Origin: an uncultured Methanosarcinales archaeon
GTDB taxonomy: Archaea; Nanobdellota; Nanobdellia; Woesearchaeales; UBA119
DNA length: 33,247 nt
Direction of reading: 5' to 3'
Assembly (NCBI GenBank): GCA_964615385.1
Contig: CAZTMQ010000003.1
Span: 1-33,247, forward strand
The position numbers and the translations under genes are program-made. Numbering within the stretch: position 1 is the stretch's first letter; the number at the start of each line of letters is the position of its first letter. The notes beneath the pieces are model-generated. The model ran no database searches, had not been told where the DNA came from, and saw only the letters and a program-made list of their open reading frames with translations. Below are positions 25,451 through 33,247 of the stretch, piece after piece.

Positions 25451-26280
25451 TTTTTAGCCCCCTGTGAATCGTCTGTATTTTGCTCCTTTTTACCTGAAGA
25501 GCCTTTATCTTGAATTAAATTAGCTTTCTTGCCATCCTGGCTTGTTTCTATAGACTTTGCCTTTGGTTCTGTATTATCTTTTTGTTTTTCCGTAGGTTCT
25601 TGAACAATAGTATTATCTTCTGATTTGGCCGGCTCTTTAGGCACCTTTGCTTCTTTTGATGAGTTACTTTGCTTATCCAAGCCCTTTTTTTGATTTACAC
25701 CCTCTGCTTCTTTTTTAGGTGTTTGATCCTTTTGATTTTTCTGAACGCTCGCTTCTTTTTTAACAGGGTTAGCCTGTTCTTTGATCTTGGTTTTCGAAGC
25801 AGGTTTGGCCTTTGAAACTATATCTTTTAACTCCTTTTTGGAGCTCTTCTTAGAGATTAATACCACTTCAATGTGCGTCCTCTTTGCCACTCTGCCCCTA
25901 TGCCTTGCAGGTTTATAAGTTGTAGGCCCCTTATCGGCACTGATGTGAAGTATTTCAAGCGAAGCACTATCAAGCCCTTTAGCAACAGCATTTTTCTCTG
26001 CGTTTTTTAGTATTTTTTCTAGTTCAAAAGCAGTTTTTACAGGAAACCTTCCAGGTCCAATATTCTTTTTGTGTGCCACACTCGAATTATACCTTCTAAA
26101 TGGCACAGCGACTTTCATTGCTTTAACTTCTTCAAGTATTTTGTAGGCTAAAGAAAGCCTTTTTCCCTTCAAAAGCCTGCAAAACTCTACGGCTTTCTTA
26201 AAGGAGATTGGAAGTGATTCTCCCTTGGCTTTGCCCAACTGGCTTTCATCCTGTTTTTTTGATATTGACTTGTATTTCAT
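25447..26280 (-). CDS. rpl22: 50S ribosomal protein uL22 with roughly 130-aa C-terminal K/E/Q-rich tail
   Basis: ISFKKAVEFCRLLKGKRLSLA ... GRVAKRTHIEVVL core. Confidence 0.9.
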   Translation of the reverse strand: MKYKSISKKQDESQLGKAKGESLPISFKKAVEFCRLLKGKRLSLAYKILEEVKAMKVAVPFRRYNSSVAHKKNIGPGRFPVKTAFELEKILKNAEKNAVAKGLDSASLEILHISADKGPTTYKPARHRGRVAKRTHIEVVLISKKSSKKELKDIVSKAKPASKTKIKEQANPVKKEASVQKNQKDQTPKKEAEGVNQKKGLDKQSNSSKEAKVPKEPAKSEDNTIVQEPTEKQKDNTEPKAKSIETSQDGKKANLIQDKGSSGKKEQNTDDSQGAKK

Positions 26281-26291
26281 TACTAATCAGC

Positions 26292-26672
26292 CTATTTTAC
26301 GGATAGATTCGCACTTGATCTTGTAGCGCCTACACCTGGTGCATGGTGCATGACAGATTTTCTTGTGAGCGCCAACTCGCCAAGATAAAGCCCCACCATT
26401 TCGGGTTGGATTATCACGGCAAGATACTCTTTGCCATTATAAATTCTGATTGTTTTTCCTACCATGGAAGGCAAGACTATTGCATCTCTTAAATGGGTCT
26501 TAACCTTGTCTTTTTTTGAAACCTTTTCTATTAGTTTCTTCTTCTCATCACTTAACCCACGCTCGATGGATCTTCTTTTTCTTGCTGTTAAAAGCTTTGA
26601 AAACTCAGTCAAGCTCATCTCTTTTAGCTCATCTAAGCTTTTCCCTCTGAAGGTGAATTCTTTTTTTGCCAT
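26292..26672 (-). CDS. rps19: 30S ribosomal protein uS19
   Basis: RRSIERGL ... [12 protein letters not shown] ... [17 protein letters not shown]. Confidence 0.95.
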   Translation of the reverse strand: MAKKEFTFRGKSLDELKEMSLTEFSKLLTARKRRSIERGLSDEKKKLIEKVSKKDKVKTHLRDAIVLPSMVGKTIRIYNGKEYLAVIIQPEMVGLYLGELALTRKSVMHHAPGVGATRSSANLSVK

Positions 26673-26714
26673 TTTGGATTATCACTTATTGTTATCGTTT
26701 TTATTTCTTTTAAA

Positions 26715-27428
26715 CTACTTTTTCCTTCCCGTTCTTTTTGGGGCTATATAACCTACCTTTCTTCCAGGAGGAGTGTGTCTTGAAACAGGCCTCGCTTTTG
26801 ACTTTCTTGAGCTTCTTTTATTACCAAACGGATGCGATACCGCATTCATTTTTGCTCCTGAAACCTTTGGATAAAGCTTATGCTTTGCTTTTGCAATATA
26901 AAACATCTTTCCAGCTTTGCAAATTGGCTTTTCAGTCATTCCGCCACCGGCAACAATACCTATTGTTGCCCTGCATTCTGGGTGAAACTTCTTATCTCTT
27001 TTTGAAGGCATTCTTACAAGCACATACTCTTCGGTTTTTGAGATAACCTTTGCTGATGTTCCCGCAGATCTTACTAGCTTTCCGCCATCTCCAGGCACAT
27101 TTTCTATGTCAAAAACTACACTTCCTTCAGGCACTGATTTTAGCGGAAGCACGTTTCCAGGAACTGCTAAATCGGAATTTTGAGTGTAGTATATCTCTTG
27201 ACCCAAATAAACTCCTTCTGGAGCAATATGGTCTATGGTTTTATTGTTGAGCATGATTTTAATGATAGGAGATGAATGTGCCCTGCATCTGAACATGTCT
27301 ATTATGACTGCTTTTACTTCCTCTCCATTTTTAGCTAGATACTTTGGCTTGGATGTAAAATTGAAGCTTGGCTTTTTGTATTTTGGAGAGCCTGAGCCTC
27401 GCCTTTGTGCTATTATTCTTTTACCCAT
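26715..27428 (-). CDS. rpl2: 50S ribosomal protein uL2
   Basis: GKRIIAQRRGSGSPKYK ... VSHPFGNKRSS ... PPGRKVG. Confidence 0.95.
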   Translation of the reverse strand: MGKRIIAQRRGSGSPKYKKPSFNFTSKPKYLAKNGEEVKAVIIDMFRCRAHSSPIIKIMLNNKTIDHIAPEGVYLGQEIYYTQNSDLAVPGNVLPLKSVPEGSVVFDIENVPGDGGKLVRSAGTSAKVISKTEEYVLVRMPSKRDKKFHPECRATIGIVAGGGMTEKPICKAGKMFYIAKAKHKLYPKVSGAKMNAVSHPFGNKRSSRKSKARPVSRHTPPGRKVGYIAPKRTGRKK

Positions 27429-27446
27429 TGTTTATCCCCACCTTAG

Positions 27447-27713
27447 TTACATGAGCCCCAGCTTTGTTGCAACATCCATCGCGGGAGTTGAACTATCGAG
27501 TTTTACTATTGCTTTCTTTACTGCGCCAGGAGTCAAATAGGTATTCATACTTAAAACCTTGACTCCAAACAATTTTTCTATATCTTGCTTTATCTGAGCC
27601 TTTGTGGATTTTCTTGAGACAACAAATACTAGTTTGTTTTCCCCTTCCATTAGTCTTAGGGCCTTTTCACTTGATACTGGATATAATACTGATTCTGAGT
27701 TTAGCTTATTCAT
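27447..27713 (-). CDS. rpl23: 50S ribosomal protein uL23
   Basis: 88 aa, SEKALRLMEGENKLVFVVSRKSTKAQIKQDIEKLFGVKV. Confidence 0.9.
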   Translation of the reverse strand: MNKLNSESVLYPVSSEKALRLMEGENKLVFVVSRKSTKAQIKQDIEKLFGVKVLSMNTYLTPGAVKKAIVKLDSSTPAMDVATKLGLM

Positions 27714-27718
27714 TTAAA

Positions 27719-28525
27719 TCACATAAACAAATTTTTCTCTTTAATTATCTGTATTGAAGGCACAGTGATTATGACTGCTCTGCCGTCATTATAACCTGGA
27801 GCCAAATCATAGGTGTTAAGATTTCTTACGCTTACAATGTCTAGTCCCGGTATGTTTCTTGCAGCACGCGTTAGCTTACAACCCTTAGAAACTATTACCA
27901 ATAATCCTTTTTTGGCCCTTTTCCTTCTGTTTCTTAATTTTGCTTTACCCTTATTTTTGACAGGGACGGATATTCTCTTAAGTTCCCCTTCGAACCCAAG
28001 CATTTTTAGTTTCTCTATAAACTCTTTTGTCTTTGAAATCTCTTCAAACTCATTTGACAACGCAAAGGGATAATCTGCGGGGATGAGGTGTCCTCTTTTT
28101 TTTACTAAATCCTTATTTACAGACGATGATAGAGCGGACCGAATTGCAGCCCTTCTTTCGGAAACATTAATCTTTTCAGTCCAGATTTTATCGGGTTTCG
28201 CAGGGTGAGCCTTTCTCCCACCAACAGTTCCAGGAGATACTGCCCCTACCCAATACATCCTTGATCCTCTTCTTGAAAGCACCTTTCTTTGAACTCTTGA
28301 GATCCCATGGCCATAAGAGGTTTTATGATCTCTTCTTCTTCTAGAGAGTTCCGCAGATTGCCTCATCCCCGCGAGCCTATACGCACCATACTTTTGCCTT
28401 TGGTTCGCAAGATAAGCCCGTACAGCCTTTTTTACTAACAAGACTCTTCGTTCTTCATTAAACTGGTTAGGTAACTCTACTTCCCCATCCTTTTTGCAAT
28501 CTAAGTTAAACACAGGAATCTTCAT
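27719..28525 (-). CDS. rpl4: 50S ribosomal protein uL4
   Basis: YGHGISRVQRK ... GGRKAHPAKPDK; operon position. Confidence 0.9.
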   Translation of the reverse strand: MKIPVFNLDCKKDGEVELPNQFNEERRVLLVKKAVRAYLANQRQKYGAYRLAGMRQSAELSRRRRDHKTSYGHGISRVQRKVLSRRGSRMYWVGAVSPGTVGGRKAHPAKPDKIWTEKINVSERRAAIRSALSSSVNKDLVKKRGHLIPADYPFALSNEFEEISKTKEFIEKLKMLGFEGELKRISVPVKNKGKAKLRNRRKRAKKGLLVIVSKGCKLTRAARNIPGLDIVSVRNLNTYDLAPGYNDGRAVIITVPSIQIIKEKNLFM

Positions 28526-28540
28526 GATCGTTCACTCTTT

Positions 28541-29527
28541 TTATTTTGTAACTATCTTTTCAATGGTCAAGCTCACCTTTTCAGGCGAGTTCTTTCTTAA
28601 AGGCAATGTCAAAAGCACTGGTCTTTTCCTTGGCCCCTGGATTGAACCTTTAATTATAATATACTCATTTTTCACTAGCCCATATTTGTGAAATCCAGAC
28701 TTTGGGTTTATTTCTTCAGGCTTTTTACCTAAACTTAAAACCAATTTATTGTATTCTGTCCTTTGGTGGAATCCCATCTGGCCAGCGTGGGCAACCCTAT
28801 ACATTATATGTCCTTGAGCGCACCACGCACCTAAGGAGCCAGGCCCCCTTTTGGTTTTCTCTGATTTATGTGCCCTTAATGTAACACCAAATCTTTTTAC
28901 AGGCCCTTGGATGCCTTTACCCTTGGTAACGCCTCTTGAATCAACATAGACACCTTGAGCGAAAACATCAGAAACTTTTACATCCTTTGAAACAAGCGAA
29001 GAAAGATAATCGAAAGAAGATTTTGGATCGAGTGAAAATGAAACCTCGAAAATGAAGGGCTTTTTTTGTCCAAGAGGGGTGCTCTTTGGAATGGAATAAA
29101 AAAGCCCGTGCACTTCGGAGAACCCGGTAATATTATTCTTGAGCTCTTCAATTTTTTGAGATATGTCCTTTTGCGTAGAAGGCTTTATCTTCGATTTTGA
29201 AAGCACTTTCTCATCACTTACAACAACTTCAGACTTTAGAACCAAACTCCCTTCTTCGTTAGTTGAATAGCATCGAATTGAGGCAAGTTTTAGTGGAGGG
29301 CACTCTAAAATAGTTGCAGGGATTGCAACATCCATACCCTTAGTTAATGAAGTTGCCCCTTTATCACGTGCAATTATTGTGCACATCCCAACTTTATACC
29401 CTAAAAAAGCATTAAGTTTATTTGGCTGGGCTTTTGCCCATGACCTTACCTTTGGAATTACTTTCTTAGCTCTTCTTCTAGGCCAAAACTGCATGCTTCC
29501 GTGCCTTGGATTCTCTAATTTTGCCAT
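28541..29527 (-). CDS. rpl3: 50S ribosomal protein uL3
   Basis: PRHGSMQFWPRRRA start and GVTKGKGIQGPVKRFG. First gene of the cluster. Confidence 0.95.
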   Translation of the reverse strand: MAKLENPRHGSMQFWPRRRAKKVIPKVRSWAKAQPNKLNAFLGYKVGMCTIIARDKGATSLTKGMDVAIPATILECPPLKLASIRCYSTNEEGSLVLKSEVVVSDEKVLSKSKIKPSTQKDISQKIEELKNNITGFSEVHGLFYSIPKSTPLGQKKPFIFEVSFSLDPKSSFDYLSSLVSKDVKVSDVFAQGVYVDSRGVTKGKGIQGPVKRFGVTLRAHKSEKTKRGPGSLGAWCAQGHIMYRVAHAGQMGFHQRTEYNKLVLSLGKKPEEINPKSGFHKYGLVKNEYIIIKGSIQGPRKRPVLLTLPLRKNSPEKVSLTIEKIVTK

Positions 29528-29932
29528 ATTTAATCGCCATTAATGAACATTATCGATGCAATAAAGGGTAAATGACTCTATTACTATAAAGATTTTAAGC
29601 CTTTTATTACCCAAAACACAAGTTACAAAGCCAAGAATTAGTCCTACACTAAAAGACCTTTTCTTAAAACCTCACAAACACCCTTTATAGGTGCGGGCTT
29701 TTTTGCAGGCCTTGCCTTTGTGTTTATCCATGCTTAAAGACTCTTAAGCACAACTCAGTGAATTGGTGGAAAGTCAACCACTTTATAAAGCTTTTGATTG
29801 AGGAAGTTTAGAGGTAAATTGAATAAAATATTACTTTGGGAGCCTGCCTTTTCAGCCGAAATGGGGATATTTGTGCGATGAGGGCTTTAATTAGAGCTTA
29901 AACTTGCTTTTCGTGACACTTGTTTTCATCTT

Positions 29933-32014
29933 TTAACTTTTGTTGTCATCTTCAGAGGCGTTATCTTGCTCAACCATTGAGTTTTTTGCATATTCTTTTG
30001 CTGAATTGTTTGTTGAAGTCTCTTTACTTTTTCTTTTTTCCTTTGGCTTTCTTTCCCTTTTTCGCTCTACCTTAGTTCTCTTAAGCATTATCTGCGCATA
30101 ATTTAAGGGGTTTTTCACCAAAGAACAAGTCTCGTCAGGGTTACATATCCCAAAATCGGTATAGTAGCCTTTTGAAGCACAATTAGGAGGAGCAGTTTTG
30201 CCTTTCTTTGACAAGTGATATTTTAGATGCGAATCTATCATTTGAGGTGAAAGCGGGTCTTTGTTTCTAGAATTCCATTTGCGTACTGCATCTGTTACGT
30301 CCTTTGAGTTCCAACCAATGGATTTCAAGAAATTGACTAAAATAAAAAGAAATCTTTTCCTGCCATCACTTAGCCCTTTAAGCCCTAAACGAATGCATGG
30401 CGGGAAATATTTGTCGGCAAAAGAGTCAATGTCAAGATTGGTTCCTTCCAAAGAGATTACGAGTGATTTATATTCGCCTTGTGTTGTTGAATTGGTGGAA
30501 TTTGCCCCTTCTAAACTGTCTCGTCTTGAAGGTAGATCAATGTGAGATTGGTGGTATGAATACCTGCTTTGGTCTAGATCAGGGTTATAATCAAAAGCTT
30601 CAGTTATAAGGGTTTTTCCTTCTGAAGAGTCGGTTTTTGAATCATCTAAAAAGATAAGGTGATTTTCCCGTAGCATCGCTAGTTGTGTTAAAGGATTAGA
30701 TAAATGAGTTTGATTGAGATCAGGATATGTCCCATATTTTGATACTGAGTTTGATTGAGTGTGCTGATCAGACTTATTATCTATAGCAGAATTGTGCGCA
30801 TTTGAATTGTGCGTAGTGGAATTGCTTGTGGTGGAATTGTTTGTGGTGGAATTGTTTGTGGTGGAATTGTGCGGGGTGAAATTGTGCGGGGTGAAATTGG
30901 ACAAGCTGTTTGATTGGTTCTTGTTTTCATCGTCTGATTGATTGTCTGAAAGCGATTGATTGTCTGAAAGATTGTGACTTTGGTTAGGGTTTAGATTAAG
31001 TGGGTTTTGGTCTTTAGGTTTCAGAAGAAAATCTATTAGTTCTAAGACCTTTTTTGGTTCTGCAGATTCCCTTTTGAAATTAAGAACGTTATCAGAGTTT
31101 ATTGGAAGTGAAACGAGCCCAGATTTCTCATGCAAGGAGTAGGGGCATCTGTATAAGTGCCTTGAGGATATAAGGATTTCATCTATTAACAGATTAACCT
31201 TTTTCACAGTTTCTTTGCTTGAGCATTTTGGGCAGGCTCTTTCTTCTACTACCTCTACTCGCTTCATTATTCTTGAGCACACAGGACAGATTTTATAAGG
31301 CTCGTTTCCATCAGAGATTTCATTTCCACAGTCGGGGCACTGGAATGTAACCTTTTTTTGGTTTTTTCCTTCGATTTTTGTGCCACACTTTTTGCATACC
31401 TCATACACAAGCTTTTTATCTTCGTGCTCTGCAATGTATTTTTGGAAATCAGGATTTGCAATTACCTTTTGGGAGAATTCAAAGCCTGTTTCAAGTTTAT
31501 CAATATAGTGAACAAGATATGCATTGATTCTTTTTACCCCTTCGGGAAATAAAAGCTTTGTATCTTTACCATGAACACTGTCGGGGAACGCTTTAAATGG
31601 AACACCTATATGAAATCCCTTATTTCCTGAGAATTTGATGGTTATCGACTTAACTCCGTGCGTTTTTAAGGCGATTATTATCTCGTTTGCGATGAGCTTT
31701 GTTACTTCCCATACCGGGAAATCTATGTCAATTACTAAGTCCCAACCTACTCTTAAGTCGTCTAGCTCAGATTGTTTTTGCCCAGTAGAGATTGCTAAAG
31801 GATTTGACCACAGCTCTTCAGAGACGTGAAAAGAAGAAGCGCGCCCTTTTGCAAACTCTAAAACATCACCTGGATTTTCGATGATATCAGGCCTTTTCCC
31901 AAAATAACCTTCAAGGTATTTGACACCAACTTCTCTATTCTTGCAGGATAAAGAGAGCAGTTTTGAAATCGCTAAACTCTTATAGTATGTAAGTGTATCT
32001 GAGATTGTTAGCAT
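29933..32014 (-). CDS. Single-chain archaeo-eukaryotic DNA primase: PriS catalytic domain fused to a PriL C-terminal (4Fe-4S) like domain
   Basis: AEP motifs DLVIDID (I), SGNKGFHIGV (II) and RCPYSLHEKSG (III). Four CxxC pairs lie between motifs II and III. A low-complexity N/S/T/H/Q linker is followed by YFPPCIRLGL..GRKRFLFILVNFLKSIG...PPNC...GIC....ETC, which resembles PriL-CTD. Confidence 0.8.
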   Translation of the reverse strand: MLTISDTLTYYKSLAISKLLSLSCKNREVGVKYLEGYFGKRPDIIENPGDVLEFAKGRASSFHVSEELWSNPLAISTGQKQSELDDLRVGWDLVIDIDFPVWEVTKLIANEIIIALKTHGVKSITIKFSGNKGFHIGVPFKAFPDSVHGKDTKLLFPEGVKRINAYLVHYIDKLETGFEFSQKVIANPDFQKYIAEHEDKKLVYEVCKKCGTKIEGKNQKKVTFQCPDCGNEISDGNEPYKICPVCSRIMKRVEVVEERACPKCSSKETVKKVNLLIDEILISSRHLYRCPYSLHEKSGLVSLPINSDNVLNFKRESAEPKKVLELIDFLLKPKDQNPLNLNPNQSHNLSDNQSLSDNQSDDENKNQSNSLSNFTPHNFTPHNSTTNNSTTNNSTTSNSTTHNSNAHNSAIDNKSDQHTQSNSVSKYGTYPDLNQTHLSNPLTQLAMLRENHLIFLDDSKTDSSEGKTLITEAFDYNPDLDQSRYSYHQSHIDLPSRRDSLEGANSTNSTTQGEYKSLVISLEGTNLDIDSFADKYFPPCIRLGLKGLSDGRKRFLFILVNFLKSIGWNSKDVTDAVRKWNSRNKDPLSPQMIDSHLKYHLSKKGKTAPPNCASKGYYTDFGICNPDETCSLVKNPLNYAQIMLKRTKVERKRERKPKEKRKSKETSTNNSAKEYAKNSMVEQDNASEDDNKS
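30789..30893. repeat. Seven imperfect tandem 15-bp repeats inside the primase linker
   Basis: The unit is gaattgtNNgNNgtg on the plus strand. It encodes pentapeptide repeats (NFTPH, NSTTN, NSTTS, NSTTH, NSNAH) on the minus strand. Confidence 0.85.
30936..30970. repeat. Two tandem 18-bp repeat units inside the primase linker
   Basis: gattgattgtctgaaagc followed by gattgattgtctgaaag, encoding the LSDNQS repeats. Confidence 0.8.
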
Positions 32015-32348
32015 ATTTCTTAGAGATGCCAGCGATTTAATAAATCTTTTTATAAAGTAACCCTACAAAAGTGGTTTGAGAAGTGTAGTGTTCAAAAGGG
32101 TTTAATCAATTGGGAAATTACTATATAGAACGGAATGTAGTTTAAAAATAATAGTTTTTAAAAGAATCACTTAGGTGAGCATTATGAAGGCGGGCATTAT
32201 GAGCCAAGAAGCGGATTTGGCTCAAAAAAGTAGTTTTTCAAGGTATGATGGTTTAATAGTGGGGATAACAATACCATAATGAGATAATAACCCACTAATC
32301 AAGGACAATAGCTATAAACAAAACAATGCTCGCTTTCATCACTTGCTT

Positions 32349-33155
32349 TTAGAATTTGAGCTTGTCAAACCTATCCCAAGAATCATCAATAAAGGACTTT
32401 ACAGAGTTAGAAAGATAAGGGCTATTAATCCAAAGGGCACTATCTGCCTGTGTGAGAGCTGAAGACTCATCGGTTAAAAGAAAAAGGGAATTGGCGTTAT
32501 CAATTATGACAATTCCACTTTTGATATTGCCTAAATCCCTAAAATCGAATATGTTTTCATATGAGCCTACAATCTCCTTTATTGCCTTCTCTTTTTTTAC
32601 CCCGATTTTTACTTTAACTCCCTTTGCATTCGCTTTAACAAGTTCCTCTGATAATATTTTAAACATTGAAGAAACCATCGCGGGCGTGCACGTGATAAGT
32701 ATCTCTTTTTCTGCGCCATTTATTAAATACGATAGATGATCGTAAAGATTATGCCTTCCTTGTATGCTTGCTGATATTTCAGCAGGGTTTACCTGTTCAA
32801 CGCTTCTATTGAATAAGACCGAAAGCTCTTGTAATATCTCGCTTTTTGCAGCTTTATCGATTAGCTCTGCCTGCTTTAAAGCATCCTCAGAAATTCTCTT
32901 TTTTATTCTTTTAATAGCTTCATCCGGATGAATTGCTACGTATTTTATAGGCTTTCCTACCTTCTCGAGGATTAGACCCTTTTTGCTTAGGCTTTCTAAA
33001 ACATCGTAGGCCCTTGATCTTGGGACGTTAGCTATGTCTGATAACTCACCTGCACTCGCCACTCCTTTTGATAAAAGTGCAGTCCAAAGCTTAGCTTCAT
33101 AAGAATTAAGCCCAAGCCTTTTAAGCTCCTCAACAAACTCTTTGGTAATAAGCAT
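32349..33155 (-). CDS. TrmB-family transcriptional regulator
   Basis: N-terminal wHTH LGLNSYEAKLWTALLSKGVASAGELSDIANVPRSRAYDVLESLSKKGL, a coiled-coil segment and a C-terminal domain. The ATG at 33155 is preferred over the GTG at 33188. Confidence 0.8.
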   Translation of the reverse strand: MLITKEFVEELKRLGLNSYEAKLWTALLSKGVASAGELSDIANVPRSRAYDVLESLSKKGLILEKVGKPIKYVAIHPDEAIKRIKKRISEDALKQAELIDKAAKSEILQELSVLFNRSVEQVNPAEISASIQGRHNLYDHLSYLINGAEKEILITCTPAMVSSMFKILSEELVKANAKGVKVKIGVKKEKAIKEIVGSYENIFDFRDLGNIKSGIVIIDNANSLFLLTDESSALTQADSALWINSPYLSNSVKSFIDDSWDRFDKLKF

Positions 33156-33247
33156 TATAATCACAGCTGTAACAAATTTAGCAATCACTATTCAGTAGAT
33201 ACGTATTATTTATATAATTTTCTCTTAATTGGAGGCTATTTTAGAAA

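Noticed and set aside
29765-29785. ggtggaaagtcaaccac, resembling the GGAAAGUC core of RNase P RNA conserved region I
   Set aside because: No other RNase P RNA conserved regions or the expected helices are found in the surrounding 400 nt. The local sequence forms only a 4-bp hairpin. Probably chance.
32015-32348. Possible C/D-box sRNA (aaggtatgatgg ... ataccataatgaga) and a 31-codon ORF (MKAGIMSQEADL...) between the primase and TrmB genes
   Set aside because: The C-box-like atgatgg has no matching D box (ctga) at a suitable distance and no terminal stem. The short ORF has no motifs or conservation evidence.
1-33247. Search for tRNA genes, CRISPR arrays, toxin-antitoxin pairs and known defence-system signatures
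   Set aside because: No T-loop or cloverleaf candidates occur in any intergenic region, and there are no regularly spaced direct repeats. The AbrB domain at 5492 is fused to a PhoU-like region and is not paired with a toxin. I recognised no nuclease, helicase or methylase modules. A by-eye scan can miss divergent systems, so a profile-HMM scan is still advisable.

Overview
AT-rich archaeal chromosomal segment. Gene content and a single-chain PriS-PriL primase suggest a small-genome, DPANN-like archaeon; this is inference only. About half the window (13.7-29.5 kb, minus strand) is the canonical archaeal ribosomal-protein super-operon in textbook order: uL3-uL4-uL23-uL2-uS19-uL22-uS3-uL29-aIF1/SUI1-Rpp29-uS17-uL14-uL24-eS4-uL5-uS14-uS8-uL6-eL32-eL19-uL18-uS5-uL30-uL15-SecY, followed by a DUF106/YidC-like insertase. 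The remaining genes are two tandem paralogous Cys-rich lipoproteins, a MEMO1-family protein, an ornithine-type PLP decarboxylase with an Lrp/AsnC regulator, an AbrB-PhoU regulator, a Fap7-type kinase, a short NFACT protein, a thioredoxin-DsbD fusion with a membrane wHTH protein, a sugar nucleotidyltransferase, a fused primase and a TrmB regulator. An orphan 5S rRNA missed by the ORF track lies at about 11280-11397 (minus strand). I found no tRNA, no CRISPR array, no integrase or transposase, and no recognisable defence system. The least explained signal is a pair of inverted, GC-enriched 136-bp intergenic elements (3303-3438 and 10292-10427, about 92% identical by hand alignment). They bracket a 7.1-kb housekeeping segment and look like an unannotated structured RNA or a MITE-like repeat. 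Other notable points: long K/E/S-rich extensions on at least seven ribosomal proteins, a repeat-containing linker inside the fused primase, and a large extracytoplasmic insertion in the YidC-like protein. All coordinates, identities and residue counts were derived by hand from the sequence and ORF track and should be recomputed.
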